Positions 63,255-64,000 of a DNA stretch of 64,000 nucleotides are shown in pieces. The stretch is from an uncultured Actinomycetes bacterium. GTDB taxonomy: Bacteria > Actinomycetota > Thermoleophilia > UBA2241. Both the position numbers and the translations under genes were made by a program. Below the pieces are notes generated by a model. That model was given only the letters and a program-made list of their open reading frames with translations. It did not search any database and was not told where the DNA came from. The stretch's first letter is position 1. Every line of letters starts with the position of its first letter. The DNA is taken from contig CAVYCN010000003.1 of NCBI GenBank assembly GCA_963767005.1, positions 128,001 through 192,000 on the forward strand, written 5' to 3'.

Positions 63255-64000
63255 CTAAGCGACGGGCGCCCCGGTCTCATGCAGCAGACTCGCCGCCCGC
63301 ACCCCGACGCCCGCCCTCACGAGCTGCTCGGCGGTGCGGTTCACGGCGTCGTGCTTGTCGAGGTAGTTACCCTCGAGCGCCGGCATGATCCCGTCGGCCA
63401 GCGCCGCCTCGCGGGCGACGAAGTAGTCGAAGATGTCGCTCGGATGGTCGCGGCCGACCTCGACCGCGGGCTCGCCGCCCTCGTGCTTCGCTGAGATGTT
63501 CGGCACGCTCGCCGCGGCCCGTACGACATCGTCGCGCCGGTCGTAGGGCTGGCGCACGATCGAGCGGTACGCCTCGGTCACGTGGTGCTCGAAGCGAACG
63601 GCGTCGGTCAGGCCGAGCGCGGCCCGCGCCGCCGACGACGCCTCGATGGTGGCGACGTCGGCCGAGTTCGACAGGTTGAGGCCGGCGAGGCTGGTCGAGC
63701 CGTCGTCGGCGGCCAGCAGCCGCGCGCCCATGAGCAGCCACAGCATCGCGTAAGGGTTGTCGACGCCCATGAACACCGAGATCTTGAACTCGTTCTCGAC
63801 CCCGAGCTTGCGCAGCAGCAGGCCGACGAGGACCGTGCCGAGGTTGACGTTGAGCACCTGGCGGATGCCGTAGCCGGTGAGGTAGTGCAGGTACTCGTCG
63901 GCCCACTTGAGCGGGTAGTCGTTGGGCTCGCCGATGCCGCCGAAGTAGCCGGTGATGGTGTCGGGTCCGCCGAGCATGACGTTGCTGCCGTCGATGCCGC
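63255..64000 (-). CDS. Conserved hypothetical protein (5' end outside the window)
   Basis: Open frame with protein-like composition running off the window end; no family recognised. Confidence 0.6.
   Translation of the reverse strand, partial: GIDGSNVMLGGPDTITGYFGGIGEPNDYPLKWADEYLHYLTGYGIRQVLNVNLGTVLVGLLLRKLGVENEFKISVFMGVDNPYAMLWLLMGARLLAADDGSTSLAGLNLSNSADVATIEASSAARAALGLTDAVRFEHHVTEAYRSIVRQPYDRRDDVVRAAASVPNISAKHEGGEPAVEVGRDHPSDIFDYFVAREAALADGIMPALEGNYLDKHDAVNRTAEQLVRAGVGVRAASLLHETGAPVA

Overview
64-kb window from a very GC-rich (roughly 70-75%) bacterium. The recO-glyQ-glyS-ppdK-dnaG-rpoD synteny, the alpha2beta2 GlyRS and the short SigA suggest a deep-branching Actinomycetota such as Thermoleophilia (inference). 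It holds housekeeping genes (pckA, prfA-prmC-recO, glyQS, ppdK, dnaG, rpoD, a frameshifted ftsH), two tRNAs (Ile2-CAU, Asn-GUU), two tandem Amt transporters, an acyl-CoA dehydrogenase/CoA-transferase/fixCXAB/ubiA-ubiE block, a copper-uptake pair and a GlnA3-like amine catabolism cluster. The main result is a methylamine methyltransferase operon (29082-34333) with a divergent TetR. In it both mtbB (dimethylamine) and mttB (trimethylamine) are split by a single in-frame TAG at the conserved pyrrolysine position, followed by a corrinoid protein and a non-pyrrolysine MttB paralog. About half of the ordinary genes here also end in TAG, so UAG appears to have two meanings. A previously unrecognised ~37-bp hairpin repeat sits on the TAG stop of three unrelated genes (mobAB, acyl-CoA dehydrogenase, dnaG). 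At mobAB and dnaG it adds an 8-codon tail plus a back-up TGA. No pylTSBCD genes are visible in the window.
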